Part shown: in pieces, positions 1 to 14,204 of the stretch
How positions within the stretch are numbered: the first letter of the stretch is position 1
Layout of the letters: every line of letters starts with the position of its first letter
Origin: Octopus vulgaris
Lineage: Eukaryota
Reading direction: 5' to 3'
DNA: 64,000 bases
Assembly (NCBI GenBank): GCA_951406725.2
Contig: OX597821.1
Location: 15,376,001 to 15,440,000 of the forward strand
Program-made: the position numbers and the translations under genes
Notes under the pieces: generated by a model
What the model was told of the DNA's origin: nothing
The model's database searches: none
Seen by the model: the letters and a program-made list of their open reading frames with translations, nothing else

Positions 1-883
1 TGTGACATTTTACCTGTCATACAGATATAAATCCTTGGCATGCTTAATCAAGGATCCTCTACGTGATTTTAGTGACTTGGTTAGAAATAGCAGCGGAATC
101 TCCCTCAAATCATACCGTAACATCTTCAAAGACACGACACATTGTTCAGCGTGTCAATACAGTCCAAGGGACACTATAACATACCAAAAACAGCTTGTTG
201 ATCATGGATTTATTGGGATTAATGAAACAACATCTCGATCCAGGGGCTGATGTGAGGTTAAACAACAATAATATGAACAACAGCAATAACAACAGCAACA
301 ACAAAAAGAACGACAGCTCCCATGTAAATTCAGTTAAAATGAAATATAATGGCATTGAAAGCATGAAATATGATTAATGAGTCAATAAGGGAGCCTAAGT
401 GGATTTAATAAATATTTAAAAATTCAAAATAAAGAAAAAAACATGCGTAATGTTATTGCTGTTTAACCCCAAGTCAGACCTTATTGAGCATATTTTTGAG
501 TAAAAATGTAGTTTCAGCCAGGTTATGACGTCTGTTTAGTATGATCTTGCCTTAGATTTACATTATACAACATATGTTTTTGTCATTTATCTCAAGACGG
601 TATGATTTGAGGGGAATGCATGTGGCTGCAATTTTTAACTGATTAAATGTCCACAAAAAAAGGCTCTCTCGGTGCATTGGGGTAGATTTGGTCGATCTAC
701 CCCTCTGAAAAGAGTGGGTTGTGATTTTATTGATCTCGTAAGGATGAAAGAGTTAGTGATTTCAAATTCAGAGACATAAAACTTAATACCTGTAAGGATT
801 TCCCTCGGTTCTAGCATTTCTGTCATCAGATAAAAGAAGGAAATAAAGCGAATAATGAGCGCGGCTATTTAAATATTTAAATG

Positions 884-938
<55 letters not shown>

Positions 939-968
939 CGAGAGATAGATAGAGAGAGAGAGAGATAA

Positions 969-1006
<38 letters not shown>

Positions 1007-1271
1007 AAGAAGAGTTATAGAATAAAAGAAACTTTCAGAAAACAAAGGCAACAAGAAAAAAAGAATTAAAATAACGGAATTTAAAAAAGAAATTAAATCA
1101 AAGAATAAAAGTATTTAGATGATCCAGAACATGCATAATAATTCTTCCTAATTTTGTCACAATGCTTGGAATTTTAAAGGGAAGGGAACATGTTGAGTAC
1201 ATTGACCATAGTTCTTCAGTGGCACTATACTTTATTTATCCCGAAAGGAGAGCTTGCACCATAATAATAAC

Positions 1272-1480
1272 GGTTTCAAATTTTGACTCAAGGCCAACAG
1301 GCCAGAGGTAGGGGACAAGTTGATTACTTCGATCCCAGTGCTATAATAGTACATATTTCATCGACCCTTACTTGACGAAAGGCAAAGTCGACTTTGGCGG
1401 AATTTGAACGTAGAAGGTAAAAGCGGACGAAATGCCGCTAAGCATTGTGTCCGACGTGCTAACTATTCTTCCAACTGGTG
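1272..1480 (-). mobile_element. SINE family B, diverged copy
   Basis: Reverse complement of the core ttcaaattccgcc..gtcgactttgcctttc..gtcgat..aaa..gtac seen in many other copies in the window. Confidence 0.75.
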
Positions 1481-1726
1481 GAGATAGTGTATCTATAGAA
1501 AGCAGTTCTACGTGGAACATCACAAATGCTTTTCATATTTCGAGAAGCCTGAACGAAGAGCGTAAACTTTAATCTTCTGGTTGTGGACAGCTGACACTTG
1601 TTACATTCTCCAGCAAGCTGCTGTGCTAAAACACGATAACAATTGTTTCAAATTTAGGCACACGGCCAACAGTTTTAGTGGGGCAGGAGTTAAGTCAATA
1701 CTATTGCCTTGATTAGCGTTCATTTA

Positions 1727-2110
1727 TTCTTTTACTTGATTCAGCTATTTGACTGGGACCATGCTGGAGCACCGCCTATTAGTCGAAGAAATCGACCCAT
1801 GGACTTATTCTTTGTAAGCCTGGTACTTATTCTATCGGTGCCTTTTGCCGAACCGCTATGTTACGGGGACGTAAATACACCAACACTGGTTGTCAAGCAT
1901 TGGTGGTGAAGGCCACACACACACACACACGCTAACACGCATATACGATGGGCTTTTTTCAGTGTCCTTCTACTAAATCTACTCACAAGGCTTTGGTCAG
2001 CTCAAGGTTATAGTAGAAGACACTTGCCCGAGGTCTCACGCAGTGGGACTGAACCCAGAAACGTGGTTGGTTGGGAAGCAAGCTTCTTACCACAGAGCCA
2101 CGCCTGCGCC
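1727..2110 (-). mobile_element. SINE family A (tRNA-derived head, internal CA/TG repeat, LINE-like 3' tail)
   Basis: Matches copies at 10827, 17362, 22281, 27154, 40261 and 62142 over about 380 bp; A/B-box-like motifs in the head. Confidence 0.85.
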
Positions 2111-2452
2111 TAAAGTACTATATTATCAACATCGGATAGATGAAAGCAAAGTGGATCTCGGTCAGATTTTAAACCATAATCTACCAAATAGGAAGAGATA
2201 CCACAAAGCATTTTGTCCGATACTATTTAAGATTGCTATTCACTGCCATTGTTTTACTAATGGTTTCCAACATTGGCACCCGCGGGGCTGTTTTGAGAGA
2301 GGGTAGTGAGTAGATTACACCGATCCACTACTTGACAGGTACTTTATTCTATCGATCAAAGGGTCAAAAGGTAAAAAAACCAAGGTAATCACGACAGGGA
2401 TCGTCAAATAGCACAATGTATTTTCAGAAGTTCTGTCGATTATGGCAGCTCG

Positions 2453-2454
<2 letters not shown>

Positions 2455-2483
<29 letters not shown>

Positions 2484-2503
2484 TAATAATAATGATAATA
2501 ATG

Positions 2504-2552
<49 letters not shown>

Positions 2553-2598
2553 TAATAATAATAATAATAATTATAACAATAATGATAATGATAATAAT

Positions 2599-2642
<44 letters not shown>

Positions 2643-2778
2643 TAATAATAATAATAATCCTTTGTAGTATAGGCCCATAATAATAATAATAGTGGTTTCA
2701 ACTTTTGGCAGAATATCCCTTCCCGCGTTAATAATAATAATAATAACAACAACAATAATAATAATAATAATAATAATG

Positions 2779-2842
<64 letters not shown>

Positions 2843-2855
2843 CAATAATAATAAT
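2455..2855. repeat. (AAT)n microsatellite cluster
   Basis: Two long AAT runs separated by short unique fragments. Confidence 0.95.
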
Positions 2856-3032
2856 TTCATTTCAATTCTTTGCCTTATCAATATCTTTATTATTTATATT
2901 AACAGTGTAAGGTATGACAACTTGACAGCGAAATGTGACAATAGGAAGTACTGAAGGGAGAATTTCAAGGTTTAATCTATTCTCTTGTACATTACAAGTT
3001 TATTCTTAAACAGGGATATTGCTGCCAGTGAC

Positions 3033-3085
3033 TTCGACGTTCCGGCCAGTTAATCCATCGTGGATTAACTGGCCGAAACGTCGAA
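3033..3085. repeat. 25-bp-arm hairpin containing a hammerhead 3' half (gccGAAACGTC)
   Basis: ttcgacgttccggccagttaatcca-tcg-tggattaactggccgaaacgtcgaa with one mismatch; followed by AATAAA and (TA)n. Confidence 0.8.
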
Positions 3086-3117
3086 ATCAGTGTCAACAAT
3101 ATTCTTGTTGAAGAATA

Positions 3118-3154
<37 letters not shown>

Positions 3155-4109
3155 TACATCCAGATACATACATGCATACACGCACAAGCACACAAATATA
3201 TATATGCGTATGTGTGCATGTGTATAAGCATGATTGTACACGCCTATTTTGACTGTACGTGTATGTATGTATGTATATATATTATTATGCATGTTTAATA
3301 TATTTTTGGACAAACCTGGATTTCTCAGAAACAATCTGTGAAACTATTATTCGAAAGGAAACAAATATATAAAACAAAAAAATAAGAAACATTGAGAGGG
3401 AGAGAAAGAGAGAGAGAGGAAGAGAAAGAAAGTGTAAGAGAGAACGATAGGAAGACAAAGAGAGAGTAAAGTGAGAGAGAGAGTGAAAACAGAGATAGAA
3501 AGAAAAGAGAAAGAGAATAAGAAATGAAGAGAGAAGTGAGCGAGTTAGAGATAAAGTGAATGATGTTATGCGAAAATGAAGTTTTCTAAGTCACTCCTGA
3601 TCGAGTGAATCAAACATGAAAGGCGTTCCAGACACGACATACATGTCTATTTTATTTATTTGTATACTTATAAATTTTTGCATGGGTATATTCAATATCA
3701 CATACATATGGTGTGTTATTTCTATAAAACAGTATGGTGTTATTTGAGGGCGAATGTGTCATTATATCTAGCAGGCCGTGTTTACTACTTTAAGTTTTCA
3801 CACTGGTATTACAGAAAACTGTAGATAGCCACACAACTATGCACTCTGTTAGCTAATTGTCTCACATCGGCCACATTACTCCTTGATACAATGTATATAA
3901 AACCAACCAGGAATGTCACGGCTGGTGTAATGATTTGAACTTAGGTTTGCTTGTTTCGGGTTGACACATGCTGCGTACACATACGCACATGTTTGGGGTG
4001 TCAGGTAGTTTCAGTGCCTAAGTATGTGTATGTTTGAAGCCTGCGCATGTATGGGAGGCGTGGTTGTAGCTATACAGGTAATTGCAACAACTGATGTTTA
4101 GACAAGAAG

Positions 4110-4559
<450 letters not shown>

Positions 4560-5105
4560 CGTATTGATGGCCAGGTAAGTCTAGACGTATTTGAAGCGAT
4601 TTGGTGATGTGTATAATTATAACTGCTTCCTAACACTCGTGTATTCATATAGGTGTTAGTATATACATATTCAAATTAGCTTGTTTTGGTACAAACGTCC
4701 ACAAACATGTATACACGTGTAAAGTAACGTATATACATAAATATTGTTGTCTAAGGAGAATCATTATACCAAATACATAAACAAAGTATATACACATGCG
4801 TTTATGTAGCTTTCAATGAGCATGTTTGTATGTATATATATATATATATATACATTTATATACATAAACACTACACAGACACATATATGTACATATACAC
4901 ATATATAAATACATACATATAAATATATACACACATCCATAAACATATGTTTATATATATTCATATATATATATATATATATATACATATATACACATAA
5001 AAAATATATATACATGCATACATACATACACATATATATATATATTCATATATATCAGTGAATGTGTGTATGTCTATATCTATTTACCTTTCCCTCTATC
5101 TATGA

Positions 5106-5156
<51 letters not shown>

Positions 5157-5354
5157 GACAGGCATATACACACATATACACGGGCATATATTTGTATATA
5201 CACACCCATACATTATACACATGTCTCTTTACATGCTTACATATACACACATATATCCGCTGTTCGCTTGTAGCTGTTATGGTTCTGTAACTATCTGTTT
5301 ATTCTGTTAGTGTATGTACCTATCTCTCTCTCCACACACACACACATATGTATG

Positions 5355-5416
<62 letters not shown>

Positions 5417-5485
5417 GTGTGTGTGCATGTGTATAATATAATATAATATATTATATCATATTATATTTAGTGATGTATAACTTAC

Positions 5486-5583
5486 CTATACGTCAAGTTC
5501 TCCGCTATGGAACGCCTCCGATGTTCCGATATAATCCGAAGGTTCTCCAACAACAGAACCTGTGTCTTGTCGGCGTGTTTCAT
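5486..5583 (-). CDS. Probable first coding exon of an unidentified gene (MKHADKTQVLLLENLRIISEHRRRSIAENLTY, then a phase-2 intron)
   Basis: Minus strand accATG at 5583; 32 open non-repetitive codons; perfect donor AG|GTAAGT at 5486/5485. Too short for the ORF track. No downstream exon identified in the window. Confidence 0.55.
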
Positions 5584-6439
5584 GGTTAATTTGCCTCTCT
5601 TGGTTATGTGTCACTTAACTGTTGTAAAGTGTCCTGTTGTAATCCATTCCGTTAATTATGAAAGTCGCCACCGATTTTAGCGGCAACCATACAACTTAAC
5701 ACATATACACACATAAATAAACTGTATATCTCTCCCTCACGGAAGAGAGAGAAGAATAAGAAAGCTAAACCTGATGCACAGCTGACTGTATGGTTTTGCG
5801 TGTGTGAGTGTCTGCGTATGTGCGTGTTTGTTTGCATGAATTTGTGCATGTGTCTGTGTTGATAGATGAGTGTGGACATGTGTATGAGTGAACGGCAGCA
5901 AGAGTGCGTGTTTGTGCCTGCGTGTGTAAGTTGAGAGAAATTGAGAGAGTAAGGAAGAGAAAGAGTGAGAGAGAGAGAGAGAAAGAGAAAGTGTGTATGG
6001 GTGTGTATATAAGATAAGGTGAAACGATATATGTGAAAGAAAGAGGGGATGGGAAAAAGAAAAAAAAATTGTGAAAGGCTTGTGAATGATTTTTAAGAAG
6101 CGTTTGGAATATAAATGTGTTTATATGCGTGTGTATATAAGTGAGTGATTGAGAGAGAGGGAGGAGTGAGAGAAGATTGAGTACCTAAGTGAGGTAAGGT
6201 GATACGGTAAATAAGTAAGAGAAAGAGGCACGAAGAGAAAACAAAAGAATAATCATATTTGTATAAATATATATATTTATATAAAGGCATATATATGTAT
6301 GTGTGTTTTATATCTATATATATATGCTTCGAGTAAGTAGCGTGAGAATTTAAAAACAAAAAACAAAAACAAAACAAAAAGCAAGAATGTCTGTGGTGGC
6401 GAAAAAAGAATATGAGTGAGAGAGGAAAAACGGAATGAA

Positions 6440-6570
6440 GGAATGAGTGTGTGCGTGAGAGATTGCGCGACTGAGTTGCGAGACGAAGCAGCGCTAAAAG
6501 CTCGCTCGACAAACCAAAAGCTAGGTGAACGCACGGTTGGCAAGGTGGTTGGCTGCCAAGGTGGTTTGTT
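6440..6570 (-). promoter_or_regulatory. Candidate core promoter/TSS for the 5583 exon
   Basis: Locally CpG/GC-rich non-repeat patch; initiator-like TCAGTC on the minus strand at 6469-6474. Confidence 0.35.
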
Positions 6571-7204
6571 GTCGTTCTTGATGTTGTTGCCACCGTTGAT
6601 GATGATGATGATCATGATGTTATTGCATTTTTTTGATTGTTGTTTTTTTTTGTTTTTACCTTTAGTATTATTAATGTTATGAATATAAATAATCATCTTG
6701 TTTACATTCACGTCGATGTGCTACTGTTGCAGACCCCGTTCATATTGTTATTCATGCTCATTGTTTTAATCGTCGTTGGTGTTCTTGTTGTGTTTTTTTT
6801 TGTTTTTTTTTTTTTTTGCTGTTAAGCACATTCCTCCGAATCAAGCTTGCTCAGACACACCAATGACCGAAAGCATTCCAACCGTGACCCTCCCATTTTG
6901 TTTCATGTTGCGCCGTTTCTGCTTTTTGTATAGGAGATTATAGTTACCTCATGCTTACGTGTTCCTTAAGAAAATGGATAGTAGGAAAAAAAAACAACAA
7001 CTGAAGTATGAGATCTGAGGAGATTTAGCTGTTGTTTCTTACACATTGTCTGGTCATTTCAAGAATTTTTAGATGTCTCATCAGTGTTGTTGATATTGTT
7101 GTTGTTGTCATTGTTGTTAATTGCTATTGTTTTGTTGTTCACGTTTATATTGTTTTTCTTAGTGATGCATGTATGTATGTATGTATGTATGTAGGTATGT
7201 GTGT

Positions 7205-7206
7205 GG

Positions 7207-7241
<35 letters not shown>

Positions 7242-7305
7242 GAGAGAGACAGCTAGTAAGAGAGAGGGAGAGAGAGATAAACTGATAGATAAATGGAAAG
7301 AAAGG

Positions 7306-7357
<52 letters not shown>

Positions 7358-7426
7358 ATATGAATATAAATTTATATGTATATATGAATATAATATATAT
7401 ATATGAATATAAATATATATATATGA

Positions 7427-7465
<39 letters not shown>

Positions 7466-7581
7466 ATGTATAATGTATATAATATATATGTATATATATA
7501 CATATATAAATATATGAATATAAATATATATGTGTATATATATATATAAAATATATATACACATACATATATATATACATA

Positions 7582-7614
<33 letters not shown>

Positions 7615-7632
7615 TACATATATATATATACA

Positions 7633-7700
<68 letters not shown>

Positions 7701-7747
7701 TATATATATAATATATATACATATATATATATAATATATATATACAT

Positions 7748-7781
<34 letters not shown>

Positions 7782-7834
7782 ATATATAAACATATATATA
7801 TATATAATATATAAACATATATATATATCAACAT

Positions 7835-7876
<42 letters not shown>

Positions 7877-8040
7877 CATACATATATATACATATATACA
7901 TATATATACATATATACACATATATATACATTTATATACATATTTACCCATATATAAACATATATACACATATATACTTATATACATATATATACATATA
8001 TACACATATATATATACATATATACACATATATGTATATA

Positions 8041-8082
<42 letters not shown>
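7205..8082. repeat. Degenerate (TA)n/(TATG)n/(TACA)n tract
   Basis: Direct inspection. Confidence 0.95.
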
Positions 8083-8085
<3 letters not shown>

Positions 8086-8169
8086 GACAGCTGTTGAGGT
8101 AGGTAGAAGAAAAATAACGATAATTTTGACGGAAGAACAATGAAGTTAATGAAAAGTTAGAATGCGGTG

Positions 8170-9140
8170 CTGATGGAGGGTGGTCTGACGGTGATGGTAA
8201 TGGTAATAACGATGGTTTGGTGGTGGTGGTGTTGGTGGTAGTGTAGATGGTGAAGGTGATTGTGATGGTAGTGGTGGGGGTGATGACATGGTGACGATAA
8301 TGGCATGATGATCATGATGATGATGGTGATCTGCTATTAGAACTAAATTCATATTTAGAATTTATTATAGCAATTTCAGTATTTTTCTGGTACTTTTGCA
8401 CTTATCGATCCCACGATGGTGATAGAAAGGCAAAGTTGACCCCAGGCCAGATGTGAACTCGGTATGTAGAGGGCTGTAATTAAATAAATACAGCAAGGTA
8501 CACTACCAGCTCTGCCAGTATAGAGATAATGATGATGATGGCAGTGACTGATACAATGATAGTAAATGATGATGATGAAGACGATGATGATGATGATGTT
8601 GAGAAAAATAATTTGTGATGTAGGCACCAAGCCAGAACACGGGCGAGGTTAGGGGTACTCGATTAAATCGACTCCAAATAATTATGGTATGAAATACGAT
8701 GCTGGCGATGATAACAATGATGATGTTGAAGATGACGACGATGACGACGACGCCGATGATGATAATTGTGGTTGTTTCGGTGTTAATGGTGATGCTGGTG
8801 ATGGTGAAGGTGGTAGAGGAAGATGATGGTTCTGAGTGGGATAACAATGTTGATGACAGTGATGTTGGTGATGGTAGTTGTTCTGATGATGCTCAGATCG
8901 TTAGTTGTGATAATCGAAGTGGCCGATATTTGGAGATGTTGGTGATAGTGCTGCTCCTGCTACTGCTACTGCTGGTATGGTGTTCATGGCGAAGGTGATG
9001 CTGATAGTGGCATTCATGATCATGCTAGTCGTGTTGTTGTTGTTGGTGGTGGTGGTAGTAATACTGATGACAATAGTGGAGGTTGGTAATGGTCCTATTG
9101 ATGAAGGTGGTGATACTTATAGTGATGATGATGATGGCCA
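8170..9140. repeat. (GAT)n/(GGT)n low-complexity region with an embedded SINE B relic (about 8400-8520)
   Basis: Degenerate trinucleotide runs. Confidence 0.8.
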
Positions 9141-9188
9141 AATATTTCTTTAATAGAAGCAGTTGGTGTTGTTATTGTTGTGCTGTGA

Positions 9189-9487
9189 AGGCGCGTGGCT
9201 TAGTGATTAGAGTATTCGGATCCCGTCTGATCTTTGAGTTAGGATCCTTCAGCTAAACACCTTATTTCACGTTGCTCCTGTTCACTCAGCTGGCAAACAT
9301 GAGTTGTACTTGTATTTAAAAGGACCAGCTCTGTCACAGCCTATGTTACGCTAAATCTCGCTGAGAACTACATTAAGGATATGCGTGTTTGTGGAGTACT
9401 CAGCCACTTGCACGTTAATTTCACGAGCAGGCTATTCCGTTGATCAGATCAGCTGGAGCCGTTGTCATTGTAACCGACGGAATGCCA
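9189..9487 (+). mobile_element. SINE family C, older copy
   Basis: Shares the 3' half (gagaactac.ttaagg...cagccactt.cacgttaatttcacgagcaggct.ttccgttgatc...gtaaccgacgga) with the 15323 and 23564 copies. Confidence 0.8.
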
Positions 9488-10764
9488 ATTATTGTTGTGA
9501 CACTTCATTGCAATTTGATTGTACCTAACGATTATTTTGGGGCTGCTTTTTTTATCACGGCCTTTGCACTTATTGCAGTAATTATTGTTGCTATTGCTGC
9601 TGCAGCTATTATTCTATTTCTCTTTGTTGTTATTGCTGACTGTTATATTCTATCAGTCGGGAGAAAAGACTATACTTTTATTCCCTAACGGTGCGACCTC
9701 AAGTAGGCTAACAGAAGGATTTAAAATTAAAATGCATATCAATTGAATAAATACTGTAAAACATCCGTTCAATAGTTTTTACAGTTCTACAAATCCACCA
9801 ACCTGGATTAGTATACTTTTATCAAACACGAAAGGCTGAAAGGAAAAACTGACCTCGATGTGATTTGAACTCAGATAGCAGGGTGTCAAAAGGAATAGCT
9901 GACCGACGCCCTAACGTTTGTGCTAACTCACCGCTTTCTGTTGTGAAACTTCGTTGCTGTTTCATATTTTTGTTTAACGCAGCGTTAAACCATTTCAAAC
10001 AGACATATGATAAAAAAATTATTCCACCTAAAGCAAACAAATTGTTTTGGCTTTTCTAGCTTTGCCCAACAGTATGTGACTTCAGAAAGATTTAGGTGCT
10101 ATTTCTAGCAAGTCGATGGACCGCTTAGAGATTTTTAATTGTTGGTACTTTCGTGGATGCTCCCTTGTCGTTGATGTTACGGCTGCTTATTATTGTGGCT
10201 GGCTTAACTGCTTAGGAACTTATTACTAATAACTTACGTTGATGTTTAGGCCCAGGTCAAACCTGATTCATCAGACTGATGGTCAAAAAGTAATCTCTCT
10301 AAGTCCAGCCCACCATTTTAGTAATACATTATCCGATGAGCGCATCAGTGCTTAAGGGAAATGAGTGATTTGACTTGATGGGCGATTTCTAGTCGCCATT
10401 TTTTAAACATATCTAACGACTTCGTTCAGTTTTTCTGTCGCTGTCTCGAAATTAGGTTACTTGTAATAATAATGCTACCACTGGTGCGATGACGACGACG
10501 TTAAAGATGCTGATGATGATGTGGATGAAGAGGAGGAGGACGATGTCGACAACGATGATGATGAGGATGGAGATGAGGATCATGATGTCGATGATGATGA
10601 TGATGATGATGAGGATGATGGTGGTGGTGGGCGTCGTACTGTGGGGTGATGTTGCTATATTATGTGTCTATGAACACCATGGACTTCAGATTAAGATACT
10701 TCCTGCTCCGCATGCTTCCGGATTGTCCTACACTTCGTTAATATAGATGGAATAGACGTATATC

Positions 10765-10820
<56 letters not shown>

Positions 10821-10826
10821 GTAAGA

Positions 10827-11231
10827 GGCACAGGAGTGGCTGAGTGGTAAGTAGCTTGCTTACCAACAACATGGTTCCGGGTTCAGTCCCACTGCGTGGC
10901 ATCTTGGGCAAGTGTCTTCTACTATAGCCTCGGGCCGACCAAAGCCTTGTGAGTGGATTTGGTAGATGGAAACTGAAAGAAGCCCGTCGTATATATGTAT
11001 ATATATATGCGTGTGTGTGTTTGTGTGTCTGTGTTTGTCCCCCTAGCATTGCTTGACAACCGATGCTGGTGTGTTTATGTCCCCGTTACTTAGCGGTTCG
11101 GCAAAAGAGACCGATAGAATAAGTACTGGGCTTACAAAAGAATAAGTCCCGGGGTCCAGTTGCTCGATTAAAGGCGGTACTCCAGCATGGCCGCAGTCAA
11201 ATGACTGAAACAAGTAAAAGAGTAAAAGAGT
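10827..11231 (+). mobile_element. SINE family A, full length
   Basis: Head ggcacaggagtggctgagtggtaag...gggttcagtccc; tail aaacaagtaaaagagtaaaagag. Confidence 0.92.
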
Positions 11232-11770
11232 AATGCCCTGATGCAGTACCAGGCAGTGGGTCTCGTGACTCCTGATTTTAACTGATTGGAAGTGTTATCA
11301 TGTACATTGTTTCGTCTTAGTATAAAATATAGGCTACAGCAAATATTCTGCTCAATACCACAGATTTGCTTATCAGTTGTTTGACCATAACCAGTTGAGC
11401 GAATCTCTTAGTGGCTGACGATATGTGCATCTCTGGACACGAGCAGAGCAGAAGTAGTGGGGGAACATCATAGCCATGTGTTGAGAGGGATTCTTTGGGG
11501 TTTGAATAATTCACCTCTGGAAACATTGGTGTTTCGTTCAAAGTCCTGAAATAACTTATTCCTTTTGAGCGGGATGGGTTACTCGACCCGAAGAAAAGTC
11601 TAACTGGGCCCCACCTGCAAGGTCATGTGCTGTTTACCTTGATATGAGATCACCATGTCGCACACTTATTGTTGTGATGCATGTGTCTGGTGTACCCTAA
11701 TCAGACAGATAGTCATGATGGGTATACTGGGCTCTGTATATTTTACCCCAATGCACTGCTCTCTCACTCA
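11232..11770. mobile_element. ~540-bp GC-richer non-coding insert within a (TAA)n array; probable non-autonomous retroelement
   Basis: Bounded by (TAA)n on the right and, beyond the nested SINE A, on the left; no ORF of note. Confidence 0.5.
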
Positions 11771-11794
11771 ATAATAATAATAATAATGATGATA

Positions 11795-11855
<61 letters not shown>

Positions 11856-12341
11856 GGAATATAATGAAGTATCATTTCATGAATTTTAATTTACATTTTG
11901 ATTTATATACAGCTTCTTGTTGACCTACATATGTTTCAACTAGATCGGTTTGTAACTAGCATTTGCAACTTTGATATAATACCGATGTATGTGTGTGTAT
12001 GTGTGTGTGCCTATACACTTATATATATTAGATACATAGATGTACATGCGTAAGCACGACACACACACACACAAACATGCACAGATATTTTATATTTACT
12101 TACTTTCTAATCACTACCCTGCAGTCATGCTGAGATACCGACTTGACAGGTTGGTCGAATTAATCGCCTGAATATTTGCTTAATGTTTTAAAAGCCGAGA
12201 ACCTATTCTGTCGAGCTCCATTTGTCGTATCACTAATTTAAGGGGATATACATGAACCAACACCAGTTATCAACCGGTGCTGGGAACACACACACACGTA
12301 TATATGTGTATGTGTGCATGTATGTGTATATGTATATATAT

Positions 12342-12465
12342 ATTGATAGAAATGGTAAGACAACAAAAGAATGAAAGGTACCGCGATATTGATGGCGGCG
12401 TGGGTTTCCGCCCGACATCCGAAACTCAGAATTTTACCGTGGCTACCGAATGATTGTCACGTATA
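12342..12465. mobile_element. Short (TA)n-nested relative of the 18316 element, with an internal inversion and a hammerhead 3' half
   Basis: aaatggtaaga.aacaaaagaa start and gatgg...catccGAAActcaga both shared with 18316-18560. Confidence 0.6.
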
Positions 12466-12494
12466 TTTACATATACATATATATATATATTTAC

Positions 12495-12537
<43 letters not shown>

Positions 12538-12569
12538 TGTATGTATGTATATATTTTTTACTATTATTT

Positions 12570-12768
12570 CTCTTTTACTTGTTTCAATCATTTGACTGCG
12601 GCCATGCTGGAGCACCACCTTTAGTCGAGCTAAACGACCCCAGGACTTATTCTTTATAAGCCTAGTACTTATTGTATCGGTTACTTTTGCCGAACCGCTA
12701 AGTTACGGGTACGTAAACACACCAGAATCGATTTTCAAGCAATGCTGGGGGAACAAACAGAAAAACAA

Positions 12769-12833
<65 letters not shown>

Positions 12834-12985
12834 TATACTAATGGCTTCTTCCAGTTTCCGTCTACCAAATCCACTCACAAGACTTTGGTCTGCTCGACGC
12901 TCTAGCAGAAGATACTTGCCTAAGGTGCCACGCAGTGGGGACTGAACCCGGAACCATGTGGTTGGTAAAGAATCTACTTACTACA
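12570..12985 (-). mobile_element. SINE family A
   Basis: Reverse-complement match to the family consensus. Confidence 0.9.
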
Positions 12986-13056
12986 CACACATATATATAT
13001 ACAGAGAGAGAGAGAGAAAGGGAGAGAGAAAGAGAGATAAATAGATAGAGAGATAA

Positions 13057-13125
<69 letters not shown>

Positions 13126-14204
13126 CAGATAGACAGATAAATAATTATATATATTCATTTATAGGTAGATACATAGAAGGATAGATGTGCATATTTCAAA
13201 CACATATGTATCTCTGTATGAGTGTGTGTACGTGTGTCTTTTGTGTATGTGTGTGTGTGTGTGTTTGTTTGTGTGTGTTTGTGTGTGTGCTTATGCGCAC
13301 ACATACGCACTCACACACGTATTTGAAACACGGCTAATGTGTGCAATAGACCAAATGTCAAACCCAGTGGGCGTCAGGAAAACAGTCGTGTTAATGTGCG
13401 TACGACTGTTGCATATGTTGTGAACACAGGTGTACATTATTGATGGTGTTGGTGATAGTGGTGATGTTTGTCATGGTGATGGTTGTGGTGGCAGTGGTGT
13501 CAGATGTAAGGGTGAGTGCGGTAGTGATGGTTGCTCCTGTTTGTGCGAGTTACTTATTACAAAGTTTCTGTCGTTCTTTGATAACTAAGGTTGATATTGA
13601 TTTCTCATAAGCACACTACATGTACTCCCTCTCGCCCCAACTCTCTCCTCTCTCCCTCTCCTTTTTTTTGTGTGTGTCTCTATATATATGTGTGTGCGTG
13701 TGTGTTTATATGTGTGTTTTGTGTGCGTGTGTGTACTCACACACACACACACACACACTCACACATATTATATACAAGAGAAAGTTAGTTTCTCCGATAT
13801 TTTAGATCATGAGATATCTATGTATCTATCAATCTATCTATCTATCTTTCTATCTACCCATTTATCTATCCTCTCTCTGTCTCTGTCTCTCTGTCTCTCT
13901 CTCTCTCTACATATATATATAATAAGAGTAAATAATAGATTTAATGGTTTTTAAAAAAACAACAATTATGTACGGGTAGATTTCAGCATGTAAATATAAT
14001 CATTAACGGTAGGAAGTTTTATAAAAGTTCAATATATATTTTTGTATATAAATAAAAGAGGCAGGCAACAGGTTGCTTAGCCACATACCGAAAAATTAAA
14101 AATAGCAGTCAAATATGTGTGTGTCCAAGTGACCGTGAGCATGTTTAAGAGGGGAAGCCACTTATATATGTGTATATATATATATGTGTGTTTGTGTGTG
14201 TGTG

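Noticed and set aside
460-640. Old ~180-bp repeat family (similar relics near 60, 3585, 6820, 10240 and 31200)
   Set aside because: Similarity is visible but too degraded to define boundaries or class by eye.
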